64,000 bases of DNA from Bilabrum cf. latius (Eukaryota): assembly GCA_965178125.1 (NCBI GenBank), contig OZ237757.1, forward strand, positions 930,001 to 994,000, written 5' to 3'. Shown piece by piece: positions 1-13,700 of the stretch. Position numbers and translations under genes: made by a program. Position 1 is the stretch's first letter. Each line of letters starts with the position of its first letter. Under the pieces are notes generated by a model. It saw only the letters and a program-made list of their open reading frames with translations. It had not been told where the DNA came from and made no database searches.

Positions 1-1022
1 AGATGTACCACCTGATGCTCTCTTGGCAGACGGCTCTGCCAGTCTCGCTGTGCTGCTGGCTGCGGTCCTCCGAGTCGGCACCTCGGACGAATCGCCGTCC
101 TCTGCGACCCCGCCAGTTCGCAAGGGGTTGTACCGCGTTGCTCCACCCACAGACTCTTGAGGGAGAAGATCGATTTCTTGTTGTTCTTTCGAGCCCATCG
201 CGCCTCGTTCGGCAGCTGACGATGGTTCGAAAGCCTGCTGTTGCCCTCGGTGCGCTCCGAGTGCGATACTATTGCGTGGCTAGCGTGGCGAGGGTCCCTA
301 CGTCTAATGATTATGCGCACTCATTCAGGATGAATGGGTGAGCCTGGATGCGTCCCGCTGGGATGGCCGATTGGTTGAGGTACTGACCAAGTTTAGCAGC
401 GGTGGAATGAGTCACAGCCACTTGCCGAGCTGCTCACCTTTGCTCGCGCGCTTTGGAGACTTTGCTGCTGGGTTGAGACTTAAACCCCACGTTATTGGTG
501 TGCCTATAATTGGAGCAGCTTCTTGAGCGTTGACTCGGATTGGGTAGCACAGGAACTTGGACCAAGAAACGCCGAACGGCGGAGCGCAACCGTTGTGGTG
601 TGACGAGCGACTCGGAGCTGCATCCGGATCAACGGAAGGGGCGAAACACATGCATCCTCGCTGCACGTCACGGACAGCTGTCGCGGCTGCTCAACAGAAC
701 GCGGCCCCCATGAGGCCCGGCCACGCACACACACAGCTGGACTCATCATGAGACCATGCCAGCTCAGCGGCCTGCTGCTGCATGATGCCCACACGACGCT
801 GTTGGCATGCTATGTCTCCCGGTCCATGGCCTGGTAGGGGTCAAACCTTGGGCAGATCACACCAGGGCGTCGTTTCGTGTCAAGGTTGTGCAAAGGGCAC
901 TAGATCTAGCCCGCCTGCCAAAGCCAGCCGATGCTGCGGCGAGTGTTCGTGAAGGTTCTGTGAAGGCATTGGCTATCACGAGTTTCTGTCAATTTCACCC
1001 CTGATTCGGCGACACAAGGTGA

Positions 1023-3617
1023 ATGTCAGGCAATGGTATATTAGGCTGGGTAGGTCTGGGTGGACCGGATGATGCTGAGCGCGGTAGTCCGGAAGCGCAG
1101 GAGCAAGCAGCCCAAGAGCCTGCCATGAAGCCAGCAGAACCTGTCTTGAGCACTGGGGCTGCGGCGCGATACAGACTTGACATGCCACCGTCATTTTCGG
1201 ACCGTATACGACATAATTCTGCGATAAACGTACGCTAGATACTGAAGAGCAACATACTAAAGCTGAGAGAGGTTGCGTGGGGTAGGCTCCCCGTGAAAGG
1301 AGTAGATAGTCCATCTTTCGTCGTTCGCCGGCTGTAGAATCGTGCCTTGGAAAGAATTATGATATGCCCGGCGTTTGCCGACATACCTGGCTGGAAAGGT
1401 GTCAAACCTAGCGGGGACGCATCGTTCTTTGCCAGCGAAAAACCAGAATGGGCGTGGCTCGCAAAGATGCCGCCAGCTGAAATGTCCATGCAGTCTTTGC
1501 TTGCCATAAAGCTCGATGCAGAGTCTGCCCGTATGCATGGGCTTCATAGCGTCCCTGCATATCAAGCTGCTCCCATGGATGACGCTGCCCCAGGCACAAC
1601 TCCCCAAGGGGAAGAGAGCAAGGAGCCAGCTGGGGAGGATACCGAGCCATCTGACGACCAGGAGCCAAGCGCTGATGGTGCACATGATACCACTAGCGGC
1701 GCAACGCTACTGTCAGCTGCCCCACCCACTCCGAGCGGTAGCAGCAGCAAGAAAGAGAATGATCAGCAGGAACAGGAACAGGTACAGGGCCCTGATGGAG
1801 AGAAAGGCCAGGAACAGGGCCCTGATGGAGAGAAAGGCCACCAAGACGGCACAGAGCCGCCCGCACAGCCCAATCTTCAGGACGCTGCCCATGCCCTGCA
1901 CTCCCTGTGGCGAGGCACGCGGCCGCGGCGGGCGTGGGCAGCCGTGCGAGACGACCTGGAGGGCCTGGTGACTGCCCCCCTCCACGACGTGCTGCTGGGG
2001 GCGAGGCCCGAGGAACAGAGGCAGGACAGGGCAATCGACGGCCGCATTGAGGCACTGCAGCACTTCCTGCAGCCGTGCCACCTGGGCTTGGACGAGGTGG
2101 TAGCCCCTCCTCCTGGCCAGGAGCCGAGCACAAGTGGGGCTGAGGCAGAGGCAGAGGCAGAGGCTCAGAGCGAAGAAGATGATGAGTTGGAGAAGGGAGG
2201 GGGCGGCAGTATGGAGGGCGAGGACGAAGGCAACAGGCAGTCATCTTCATCCTCATCTCCATCCTCATCCTCCTCCTCATCCTCCTCCTCCTCCTGGCAG
2301 CGCTACCTGGAGGAGGAGTGGGGCGCTGCCATGGACGCCATGCACTCGATCGAGAGAGCGAGGGCGCCCAGGGACAAGCTGGCGGCGGTGCAGGCGTGCT
2401 GCCACTGCCTGTGCAGGCTGGTGACCAGGGGGAACAAGGAGAGGAAGAGGAGGAAGAAAGAGAGGAAGGAGAAGGAGGAGGAAGAAGCGCAGCAGCAGCA
2501 GGATGCAAGTGCAGGCGTGGATGGACAACCTGCGGCCGGATCCGACGGCTCTGCAACGGAGGAGGGAGGTGGAGACGGGAGCGAGGTGGTGGCAAGCACC
2601 GCCGACTCTGAAGCGAATGCTAGTGAGCAGTCTGCAGCAGCTGTAGAAACCGAGGTGGAAACTGACTCGGAATCGAAAGAGAACGGCGGCAAAGTTGCCT
2701 GTGCAGCGCCGGGTCGAGAGGGGGACGAGGCACGAGGCAAGGCACCGCTGGTGGGCGCCGAGGCAGCGGCGGCTGCAGCCGAGGTCGGCGAGCTGCTTGC
2801 CTCTGCGGACGAGCTGATCCCCGCCCTGGTGTGGTGCGTGCTGCAGACGAGGCCCAGCCGGCTCGCGAGCCAGCTGCAGTACATGCAGGAGCACAGGCAC
2901 CCAGATGGGCTGAGGGGGGAGCAGGGCTACTACATGACGTGCCTGGCCACCGCGGGTCAGTTCCTGGTGGAGTGCGATGCCTCTCGACTGGAGCACATCT
3001 CGGAGGGTGAGTTCGAGGCTGGGATGGAGGCTGCGGGGGCCAAGCAGGAGGGGCGGTCGGCCGTGGAGGAGGAGCTCTCTAGGCAGATGCAGGGGCTGCT
3101 TGGGAGCATGCAGCCAGGAGAGGCGAGGGTTCCTCGTTATGACCTCTATGAGGACGGTGGAGGTGAGGGCGATGGAGATGCCATCGGTGTCAAAGAGAAA
3201 GAGGCACAGGATGGCATCGGGGGCGAGAAAGAGATTGCCCATGCAGACCGGGGGGGCAGTGTCCCAATGGAGACAGATCCTCAGGCCATCCTCCGATCTA
3301 GCATGGAGGAGGCTGCCAGGGGGGTGGTCAAAGCGGGTCTAGCCCCGGCGCTTGGGGGCGGGGGCAATGCCACCCGGGACTGGCTGCAAAGTCGGTCGCG
3401 GTTCATGAATGTTCCTCCCGGGCAGCTCCGGCTTGGCGAAGTGGAGGCCCTGGTGGTGGAGTACCGGGCACTTGCTGCACTGGTGCAGCGCATGGCGGTT
3501 GGAGCGGGGGTGGGCGCAGGAGGGGCAAGCCAGTTGGCCTCGAGTGGTGCAGGAAAGGGTGTGGAAGAGGACGAGGCACAAGCACCTGGGCATGGGGATG
3601 GGGATGGGGCGCCCTGA
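1023..3617 (+). CDS. VPS9-domain Rab5 guanine nucleotide exchange factor-like protein (~864 aa, 2 in-frame TAG)
   Basis: ORFs 1023-1238 and 1347-3617 share a frame and are separated only by TAGs (1236, 1335). VPS9-like motif ADELIPALVWCVLQ...LASQLQYM...GEQGYYMTCL is present. Ends TGA. Confidence 0.8.
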
Positions 3618-3748
3618 ATGACTGGTGGGGCTGTGTTCTACACAGGGGCATGTACATTGTGATTCTATAAATCCAAGAAATGTTGTTAAAGCACCACCCG
3701 ATCAGTAAATGCATCTGATCACTCGTCACACCGACATTGTCCACAACC

Positions 3749-6700
3749 TTAGCCTCGAATGGCCCCGGCGGCACCACCCCCTCCCCCCACAGTGGGGGTT
3801 CCTCCCCCAGAGGAAAGCGCGCCCTCGCTCTCCTATCTCTTCTGCTCGGCACGCCTCCACTCCCCCACCAGCCCCGACAGCCAGCTCGCTTTATCGGCCT
3901 GCAAATCCGCCGGGGGCCCCGCCTCCACCACGCGCCCCTGGTCCATGACGACCACCGCATCGAAGTCCCCGATGTGCTGCAGGCGGTGGCAGATCGTGAT
4001 CACGGTGGCACCGCCCCGCATCACGGCCTGGTGCACCAAGTCTGCTGACGTGGCATCCGCCGCCGCCGCCGCCTCGTCCAGCAGCAGCACCGGCCTCCTC
4101 CTGACGAGTGCGCGGGCCACCGCCACGAGCTCCCGCTGGCCCGCCGACAGGTGCAGGGCCTTGCGACTGGGGGCTCCTCGCACGGGGGCGTCTGGGCGGG
4201 TGCGGCCTTTTCCACTGGTAGATACGGGTTTGACCACCCCACTTAGACCAGTGGTCACGCGCTATTCCCCAGAGGCATCAATTCCCGTGTCGGAGGCCCT
4301 CTGAGCCCCCCCAATCGAGGGACAGCAAGCTACCACGCAGCACGGGTCACCTCTCTCAGCGGCTGACCGCTGCTTCTTTGCAAACACCTCGGTGAGAGGC
4401 TTGTCCTTGTCCACGGGGAGTCGCAGGGCCCTTTTCTTGCGGTCGTCCGAGGCACCTGCGAGCCCGATGGAAGCAAAGAACCCCACTGCCTCCAGCGCGG
4501 CCAGCCCCAGCTGCAGGAGCGGAGCATCCCCCCTGTCTTCCTCGTAGGTGGGCTCGACCTACGCGGGCAACTTGCCCAGCCCCCGCCTCCTGCGAATCTC
4601 GTTGATCCGATCCTGTGGCCCCATCCCCATCGCCCCCTCCACCACCACGTGCCCCCTCATCGCCCCCTCATACCCTCCCCCCCGCGCCATCTCGTGCCTG
4701 CGAGTCCCCTCCAGTCGGGCGGCCCGAGCGCAACCCTCCGCCAGCAGACGGGGCCCCAGCACGTTCTCCAGGAGAGTCAGACCGGGTGTCACCGCGTCGC
4801 CCTGCACTACCGCAGTGCAATGCCTCTGGATACCCACCCGCCCCAGGTCCCGCACATCCGTGCCGCCCACCCGCACCTGCCCCTGGTGTTCGTATAGGGC
4901 GCACAGGCAGGACGCGAGCGTGCTCTTCCCTGCCCCACTGCGGCCCACCACCGCCACCTTGCACCCCGCTGGGATGGCCAAAGTAACGCCCCTCAGGGCT
5001 AGCACGCCCTGGTCCTCTTCCTAGAGCGACTCATCCATAGGAGAATCGGCAGCTCCCAACAAGGGAGCGGCAGCGCCGGTTAGCTCCTGAGACGATTGCA
5101 AGGCTGTTCCTTTTGCCTGCACGCCTCCGTGCTGTCCAGCCGTTTTCTTCTACTTGCTCTTCTTTTGCTACCCCGCGTCTCGATTGAGCACACCGAGGTC
5201 TCCGCTAAAGGGGCTGTACCGCAGCCAGATACCGTCAAACACCACATCCAGCCCAGCCCCTGCCGCTGGATACAGCGCTCGGAGCCGCCTCGCCCTCCTG
5301 TGTTCATCATCAGCCGCCAATGCCATGCCTACTCCCCCGCGCTGTTCCCCCGCCCCATCCTCGACTCGCACCCCACCGCCGCCGTCTACCACGCTCCTCT
5401 GCTTCACCCACTCGGGGCGGAGCACCACCCGGCGGGGGGCCTGCTGCGCTCCGGCAGGCACTCCTGTCCTAGGGTCCACATTGGGGCGGTTGATCGAGGA
5501 GATCACCCCCGCTGAGGCCAGGTCCTATGCCTCAGTCCAAACCAGCTGAGGATCCACTACGGCAGTGCGGAACTGCTTGCTCTGCAATAGGCCCGGCCTG
5601 CGGGCCTCCTCCACTGGCAGGTCAGCGATGGCCAGCATGCGCTCGGCGGAGACCATGCTCGTCTCCACGGCCGCCCCGTTTCGAGTGAGCCACATGAGCA
5701 CGCCGGGCAGGTTGAGCGCGTAGGTGAGCGAGAAACCGATCGTGCCCGCCACCGCGCTTCCCCTGCGCGCCTCGCCCACAGCCAGCAGGGCAGCGCACAG
5801 CACCAGCGCGCAGCCGAACTGCTCCAGCCAGACGGCCGCCCACTGGTTGACCCACATGCGGGTCAGGTCGGCGCTCATATACAGCTCCGACATGCGCCCG
5901 TGTTCCCTGACGATGAAGGCGCTGGAGGCGGGCCCGTGCGCGCGGATGAGCTGTGCCCCCGAGCACGCCTCTGTGAGGTGGGCCGTCATCGGGGCCCGGG
6001 TGCCCCCTTTGAGGCGCTGCAGGGCTCGGGCCGATACCCTGAGTCTGTCTCCCGCGAGCCAGTAGGGGTACGCCAGCCCCACGATGCCCAAGAGGATCCA
6101 CGGTGAAGTGGTACATATGGCCGCCCCTATGGACACGAGCTGTGTGGCCGAGGAGACTAGGTTGGAGATGGCAGGCCGCAGCTGCACGTCAAGCCCCTGC
6201 TGGTCCTTGATGAGCCGGCTGGCCACTTGGCCCAGGGGGAGTGCATCGAGGATGGAGGCAGGGGCCGCCACCACGGACGCCACGGCCCTGTCGTGGATGG
6301 ACGAGGACGCGGTGAGGCCCCCCATGAGGGTGGCGAAGAGACGGGTGCACAGCAGCACAGTGTCGAGCACGCCCAGTCCGACGAAGATCCAGGCGTACAT
6401 ATCCAGCGTGCCTTTGTCCGCTTGTTCCCCGTGCGATTCCGAGTAGGAGACCCACTTGGACAGCCAGAAGGAGGACCCCACTCCCTGCAGGAAAGGGTTC
6501 AGCACGGACAGAAGGCAGATCAAAAACACGATCGGGGCGGGACCGCAAGAGCAGATGTAGCCCACAACCGTCTTGAGGCTCACCGCCTCGTCCCCTCCCG
6601 CATCGGCATCTGCCGAGTCCATCAGCTCCTCCATTTGCTCCGCAATGTCTTCCGCGTCAGCATCGAGGTAGGCAGCCCCCACCTCGCTGTTCCCCAGAAT

Positions 6701-9298
6701 TGACAAGTCGGCGAGCTTTGGCGGGGCCTGCGCTGGTGCTACTGCAGCTGCCTATCCGGCACCATCCTTGCCTACCTTTCCGGACGAGGGGTCCTCTAGC
6801 ATGGACACCAGGTCTGTTGGTGGGGCGGCCTTTCCTTCCTTGGAGCCAGCACTATCCTACCTCCCATGCTCAGGCCCGCGCCCAGATGCCTGTCCCTCAG
6901 CTAGCTCGCCGGCATATGTTTCTTTCCCCTCCTCCTCCTCCTTTCTAATTTCTTTCCTTCTAGTGCGCCATGCCCGCGCCCTGTCGACCCCATCCATCAC
7001 CCCGCCCTCCTCCATGACAAAGTGCCCGGCCAGCACCGGCTGCACCTCCCTCGCCTGCAGCACTGTCTAGGGATCGCCCGTGGTCAGCAGCACGGCAGCA
7101 CCCCTAGAGGCCAGGTCCATGATCGCCCCTCGCAGCAGAGCCTGCCTCGTGATGGCGTCGCACGCAGTCAAAGGGTCGTCCAGCAGCACCAAGTGACCCT
7201 CCAGCTACCGAGAGACTGGCGCGCTGGTGTCTGCCCGCGCCCAGCAGTGGCACAGCGTGCGAGCCAAAGCCAGTCGGGCCCGCTGCCCCCCTGATAAGTT
7301 AGACCCCCTGTCCCCAATGGCCGAGTCCAAGCCCTTGGGCAATGCCCTGATGTCTTCCGCCAGGCAGCAGAGCTCCAGGGCCCGCCAGACCATGGCCCGA
7401 GGGAGGAGGCACGCTTCGGTGGTGAACCTCACATTCCGCAGGATGGACCGCCGCATGATCCAGGGGGACTGCTGCATCACGGCACGAACGCGCGCGCGCA
7501 CGATGGCAGTGCCCCCTGTGCACTGGAGGGAGCCCATGGCAGCAGAGACCAGGGCGGACTTGCCCGAGCCTATGCGGCCAGAGACCACGGTGAGCCCGGC
7601 TCGGGCCTGCATAGTCACGGACCGCAGCACCTCCCGCCCTCCAGATGTGCGCTCCCGACCCTTGATTGGGCCCTTGCTTGGGCCCTTCCCGTTGCCATTT
7701 GCGTTGCTCGCGCCTTTCGGTCCGGTGCTACGGGCGTCAAATGAGGCAGCCGCCAGCTCCAGAGCCACGTCGTTCTGCTAGGCAGGCTCATAGCCGGGCG
7801 CACCTGTCCGTGTCTCCCCCTCTTTGCTGTCATCTTTGATCCCACCCATGGCCTACACGTACGCCTGGATGCGATCGACGGATACCTTGAAGGCCAGGAT
7901 GTTCTGAATGCCTTTGGGCGACATGTTGAGTGGCTGCTTCACGCGGCTGAGCCATGACATGGCCGTGAACACCACGCTGGCCCGCAGCACGTTGTGCCCC
8001 AGCAGAGCGTAGGATGCGATGGACGCAGAGATCAGAGCCACCGACCCGAACATGGTCAGCGTGCGGGAGGCCACGAAGAGCATCATCCAAGAGGTCAGCG
8101 GGGCCTCCTCCATGGCCCTCGCGGAGAGCAAGCCTGACAGGAACCTGCCGTCCAACGAGGCAGACTGGTCACCCAGCACGTCGCCCGGGCCCCAGGACCA
8201 CGGAGAGGAGAATGGTAGACCAGGTGCCCAGTCGAGGCCGCCCCAGACCCCTGTTTTAGACCCCGCGTGGCGAGTGCCCCGCCCGACTCCCGCTCCTGCC
8301 GCCGCTGCCGCTGCCGCTGCCGCTGCAGGGTCCCTGGGGATGAGCATGTCAAGGGCACCTGCTGCCCTGAAGGAGCGCCAGTTGGTCAGGACGGCTGTCG
8401 TGAAAGCGGAGCGGGCGTCCCGCTCGGCCTGCAGGGCCTTGACCTGTCGCACGGAGCACTGCAGCAGCCAGGCTGCCAGCGGGGCCACCAGGATGACCAT
8501 GCCGATGCCGAGCAAAGAGGGCCAGCCCAGCAGCCGGTAGCAGTTGTACAGCGAGAACGACACATCGAGAAGATTGCACCAAGTCGACCAATGCACCATT
8601 GCGATGATGTATTGGTCAGACACTTTCGTGCAGTCAGAAGTCAGCAATGTCACTGGGTCCAGTGTCAGTGGGTCCGCCAACGGTGGTGCCTTCGCGGACG
8701 TGCTGCCGGCATGGCCCTCCTCCGCAGTTGCTGCGCGCCGATTCGACTACTAGTCATATCGCTACCGAATCGAGTCGTTTCCGAGCGAGGCTTTTAGGAC
8801 GGCGTGCTGCAGCTGCATTTGCATGTGTTTTCCAGCTCTCTCCCCGAAGGTCCAGAAATGATGAGCCAAGAGGCTTTGCAAGCTTGACCCCAGCCAAAGC
8901 GACACTGCCATCGCCCACATTTCTCCGACTGACAATTCCCGTGTGCCTTCAATGGACTCCAATAGTATTTCAAGCACGAAAGGGATGCACCATGAAACGC
9001 CAAGCCATAGCAAGCACAGCAGCCCAGATACCGATATGTTGAACCAGTGTAGCTAAAATAACAAAGCAAATAGACTGTCCTCGTTGCTGAGCGTCCTGAC
9101 TCTCTCTTCGAAGGAGCTTCGGAGGCCGGCAGCGCTGTCATGTTCTGAGTGGCTTGGCAGGTCCCGCGCTCGGAGACCTCCACGAGAGTAGGCCGGTGAA
9201 ATGACATGGTTCCATACCCATATATAAAAAATCTGAGACAAGCAAGATGCTTCGTCTTCGGGGGCCGACATTAGCCCAACGTTCTTGCAGTTCAACAT
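3749..9298 (-). CDS. ABCC/MRP-type full ABC transporter (~1850 aa, ~17 in-frame TAG)
   Basis: Ten track ORFs (9053, 8762, 7853, 7205, 6857, 5525, 5168, 4559, 4262, 3833) lie in one frame, joined only by TAG. N-terminal PEDEASCLSQIFYIW. NBD1: GRIGSGKS, LSGGQRARLALAR, LLDDP. NBD2: GRSGAGKS, LSAGQRE, LLLDEA, ICHRL. Ends TAA. Start codon uncertain (9298 or 9271). Confidence 0.85.
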
Positions 9299-9477
9299 CG
9301 GACAGCCCCGAGGATTTGTACTCCCGGTTTCTTCTTGGATCGGATCAAGGGCACAATCGGCAACCAGCGCCGCAACGTGGCGAGATCCTGCAGTGACGGC
9401 CTTTCGCCGCGAAAGGAGGGCAGAGCGCAGGAGTCCTTTGCTCTGCGAAGACAAAAGCAAATCACGTCATGCCGCAT

Positions 9478-10544
9478 TCACCCAGGGGCCCCCTACTAGC
9501 CTGGCCCTACAGCAGCACCACCACTTGTGCTGGCTACCCCCGCCACAGGTCCTGCCATGGGCCCCGTCGCCCCTCTTTCCCCCCCGTCCGGTGTGACCCG
9601 CGGCCTCTTGGGGTCCTGCTCTCCCTCCGCTGCAGACGAAGATGAAGATGAGGATGAGGATGAGGATAAGGATGAGGCCGAGCTGCTGCCAGTGGACACC
9701 GCAGCGGTGCTCGGGTTTAACCCCCCACTGGCGCTGGCAATGCCAGGCGCCCCTGCTGCAGAGGCTGGGGTTCCAGCTGGTGCCGTGGGTGGCAGGGGCA
9801 GGGGGCGCTTGCTGCCAGCTTTGCCCGCGCTGGGGGCAGAGGGCCGTGGCTGCAGCCCGAACAGGCGGGGGCGAGAGGCGGCCGGTGGTAGCAATGGTTG
9901 TGCGTGAGGCTCATCTAGATGTGACCCGAGCGGCAGCAGGTCTCGCTCGGCGAACTGGAGGTACGTGCCTTTAGCTTCGGCCTTGTCGCCGTCTGGCCCA
10001 ACTAGGCAGCTACCTGCTTTCAGCTTCACAAGCCGGATGTACTCTTGACAGTTGGCATCATAAGCTTCCGCCAATTTCTCTAGGGATGAATCGTGCTCGA
10101 GTAGCTCAGGTACAAGCTCCAGGACAAGCCCACAGGCTGACTTGGTCCACTGCGCGGAGAAGAACCGCAACCTCGTCAGCGATGGGTGGGTGCATCTTAT
10201 CCATGAGTTGATAATTGTGACATCACTTATCCCAAAAATGATGCAATTAAGCTCACGTTGTCATCGGCTGATGATGATGCAAAGGCGGATCGCAACAAAT
10301 TAGACATCGCTGCCAAAAGCTCGGGCTCAAATGGGCCGTACTGGTCTGCGAGAGCAAGAATGGCCTGTCCTCTGGCATGATCGGTAAGCCCTTCCTTTGC
10401 AGCCAAGCCTATTCTTCGGGAGAGCTCGTTGCACGTAGCTGGTGTTAATCGGCTCGATATGGCGTGGACGGCTGCGTCACCCTGCTCCATGAGCTGCAAG
10501 AAATTCGAAAAGTCAGCTTTGTCCTTTGCAACTTGATCTTCCAT
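9478..10544 (-). CDS. hypothetical protein, probably two exons, with Ser/Ala-rich tail
   Basis: ORFs 10227-10544 and 9496-10170 read as protein-like. A GTGAG donor-like site lies near 10256 but I could not resolve the splice phase. Ends TAG TAG ... TGA at 9478. Confidence 0.4.
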
Positions 10545-10707
10545 GTGTACAGCTGAATCACGGAACACTGCACAGCAACTGAATCTTGGTCGGCGGCGGC
10601 AGCTTGAGGTATCGTGCACTGCACCGGCCCAAAGGGGTGAGGTTCGTCCTTGCCTTGTCTGCGAGCGGTGCAGCTGGATTGGCAAACCAGTACTTCTCAA
10701 TAAGATC

Positions 10708-13700
10708 TCACTGCCTCATGACCCCTGCCTGGGCCTCCTCCACTAGCGGGTGCGTTGTGTCAGCGCTCCCCAGAAGGCCCATCCTCTCCACTAAGTCCAG
10801 CACAGTCGCTTCCACGTGCAGCTCCAGGCCAACCGAGGCACTCGCGTCTGAATGCAAGCCAGCGTCTACACCAAGCCCGCCGAGACCATCTTCTCCGCCC
10901 TCTTCCTCACCAATACCCCCAGCGAGGCCCACAGCTCCCCCCTCCTCCTCCTCCTACTCCCCACCGCCACCCCCACCCACCCTCAGCAGAAGGAGGAAGA
11001 CCCTCCCCTCCCCCATTCCCTCCCCCATTCCTGCAGAGCCGCCCACACCCGCACCCGCACCCGCCAGCCCCCACACCACAGGAGAAGCCCCCCCTCTCCC
11101 GGCCCTCTCTCCAGCGGCGCCTTCCTCGGCACCCACAGACACAGGGACCCGGATAGACGCGATCGCGAGGCTGAGGTCGGCCCTGAACCGGACCCTCCCG
11201 CTCCTGAGATTAGCCACCAGAGCCTCGGGGGCTCCTTCTAGGGCCGCGGCCAGCTTCTCCACACCCGATGGGCCCGCCGGACCTGGGGTGGGGGGTGAGG
11301 GTAGTGACGACGACGGCATGGACTCTCCTTGCCCACGCTGCCCGGTGGAAGCACTCTAAGGCAAGACGGTGCCGGTGCCCATGGGCACCAGCATGTGAGA
11401 GGCAGGGGCCATGCCGGGGAGGGCGGCAGGCAGCGGCAGCTGGGAGCGGAGTGCCTTGGCCAGCAAGTGCAGCACCACCCCCAGCTGCAGGCTGAACTCC
11501 ACCCGCTCCGCCCTCACCCTGGCCCGCACACCCTCCCCCATGGTGGCCTCCAGACGGGGGTCCAGCACCTCCTACCCCCCGTCCAGCCGCAGCAGCCCCA
11601 GCAGCGTCTTCATTGCAGGGGGTAGCCCGCGCATGGGCTCGCCCGGCTACCCAGGCCCCAGCCGCGCCCGCAGCAGCAGCGGTTCCCTTCCGCTCGCGTT
11701 GGACGAGTAGGAGCTCCCACCGGCCCGCCGCAGCCGAGCACCACCTCTGCCCCTGCCGCTGCCACTGCCACCACCACTGCTGCTGCTAGTGCTGCTGGTG
11801 CCTCCATGAGTTTGCCCGCGGGCATCGCGGACGGCCCGATCCACTGCGGCCTTGATCCGGTCCTACAGAGGCTCTCCCCCGTCTGCTACCCCACCCGTCG
11901 TCCCCTTGCCCTTGTCCAACTCGGCCAGCACGGCCTGACTCACCGCATCCACGAGCTGGCTGGCCTCCCGCTCCTCTGATCCCCCTGCATGCCCGTCTTC
12001 GTCTCCCGGCCCCGTGCTCTGCACGAGGTGAACGTCCACAGCAAAGATGCGCAGCAGCATGGCAGTTGCGAGCCACATCTCCGGCATGGCGTCCGCTGCC
12101 CGCCTCGCCCGCAGTGTCCTCGTGAGGGCCTCCAGCGGGCCCGCGGGACCCCCGCCCCTTTCCCCACTGGCCAAAGCGGCGCCCAGTGCATCGGCCCAGT
12201 CCGCGTACAGAGGAGTCTCGCATCTTGCCGCGGGACTCGCCGCGAACCGGGCCAGCCGCACCTCCTCCAGCGCCCCTGCAGCCTCGGCGGCTCGTATGCG
12301 GCCAGTCGATGCCGCCACGCTCGACATGCGGCCCCGCCCCACTGCCCCCTGCAAGCCGGCAGTGCCCAGCTCGGCAGAATCAGCCTCGTCCTCCCCCAGC
12401 CCGCTATCCCTCATGGCTCGCAGCTGCTGCTCGCCGCCCGTGTAGGACCGTGCGTTTCGTTCCGCCTCTGCCAGCGCCCCGTGCGCCGCCCTGACCCACT
12501 CCTACCTCAGCTCGTTGGTCATGGGTGCCTCTGCCCTCACTTCGAAGAAGGAAGACGCAGCCGTGCGGGCCCCGGAGGCACCGTGCCAGGGCCAGGGCGG
12601 CCTCCCGTCCACCGAACCGGACATGGAGGAGCCCAGAGAGCTGGGCCCGCTGCTGCCACCCTCCCCCTTACGGTCCATCCCAGTCTCCCTTGACTGCCAC
12701 ACCGAGGCCCGGCGGCCCATCCGCCCAGCGGCCATGTCACCGAGGGAGGCACCCTTCGAGTCCCAGCAGTCGCTCGGGATGGGAAGCAGGTGGAAGGACG
12801 TGCCTGCGGGCAGGGCGGCCAGCACCCCTTCATCCACCTCGCTGGCAGACGCGTCCTCCCTCCCGTGTGACATGTCCAGCCCTTTGAGGCCCGGGGGCAT
12901 CGAGCCGCTGCTCATCTGACGGCGGGTCTGATCTGCATCTGCGGTGCCCCTATCCTGGCGATCCAGGAGAGACTGGGCAGGCATAGGGCGCCCCTTCTGC
13001 TTCACCTCCCCGTTCTCGTCCTCTTCCTCTTCCGAGTCCCTCGACAGCTGCCTCTGCCGCTCCTCCTGAAGGGCGGACTGAAGGGCGGGCCGCAGGGCCA
13101 GCTGCCTCCGGCGAAGCTCCTCTGCCCAGCGGCCACCGTGCACCCTCCGGAGCCGGAACAGCAGCCGCGGAAGGTTGCCCAGCTGTGAGGGCAGCGGCAG
13201 CGGGGGCAGCACCACACCGCTGGCGCTCTCCACCGCCACGCCCCGCACCCAGCCCAGCACCCGCGCCCCCTGGCCCCCGTGGAAGCCCAGCCCGATGCGG
13301 CGCACAGAGGCCGATTGCACCACACCGTGCGCGATCTCTATCCCGGTGCGCGCCACGTGCATGGCCTGACCCACCACCGCCGCGAGCGCAGCCGTGTTCC
13401 GGGCACTGATCCCGGCAGCGCCCCCCGGTCTGGATGCAGATCCAGCGGGGCTTCCCTGTGCCGCGCCGGTGCGACGCTGCTGCAGAAGGGCCGCGCTGGA
13501 AGCAACCCGCGGTAGGTGTCTCGAGCTCCCGCCGATGCGCAGCGGCGTGCCCCCACGCCTGGCAATTAGAGCCCGTGGCCCAGTGGTGGTGAGGGAGGAC
13601 GAGGGGCTGGATCCGGGGGCCACAGGCGGTTTGCGGCTCGCCGGATTGCTCATGCTATTGCTGGTCCCTGGACTAGCATCAGTGGAGGATGGCCCTCCAT

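Noticed and set aside
1-1020. Short ORFs at the window start
   Set aside because: No recognisable motif or consistent frame even with TAG=Q. This may be a spliced gene end but I cannot support it.
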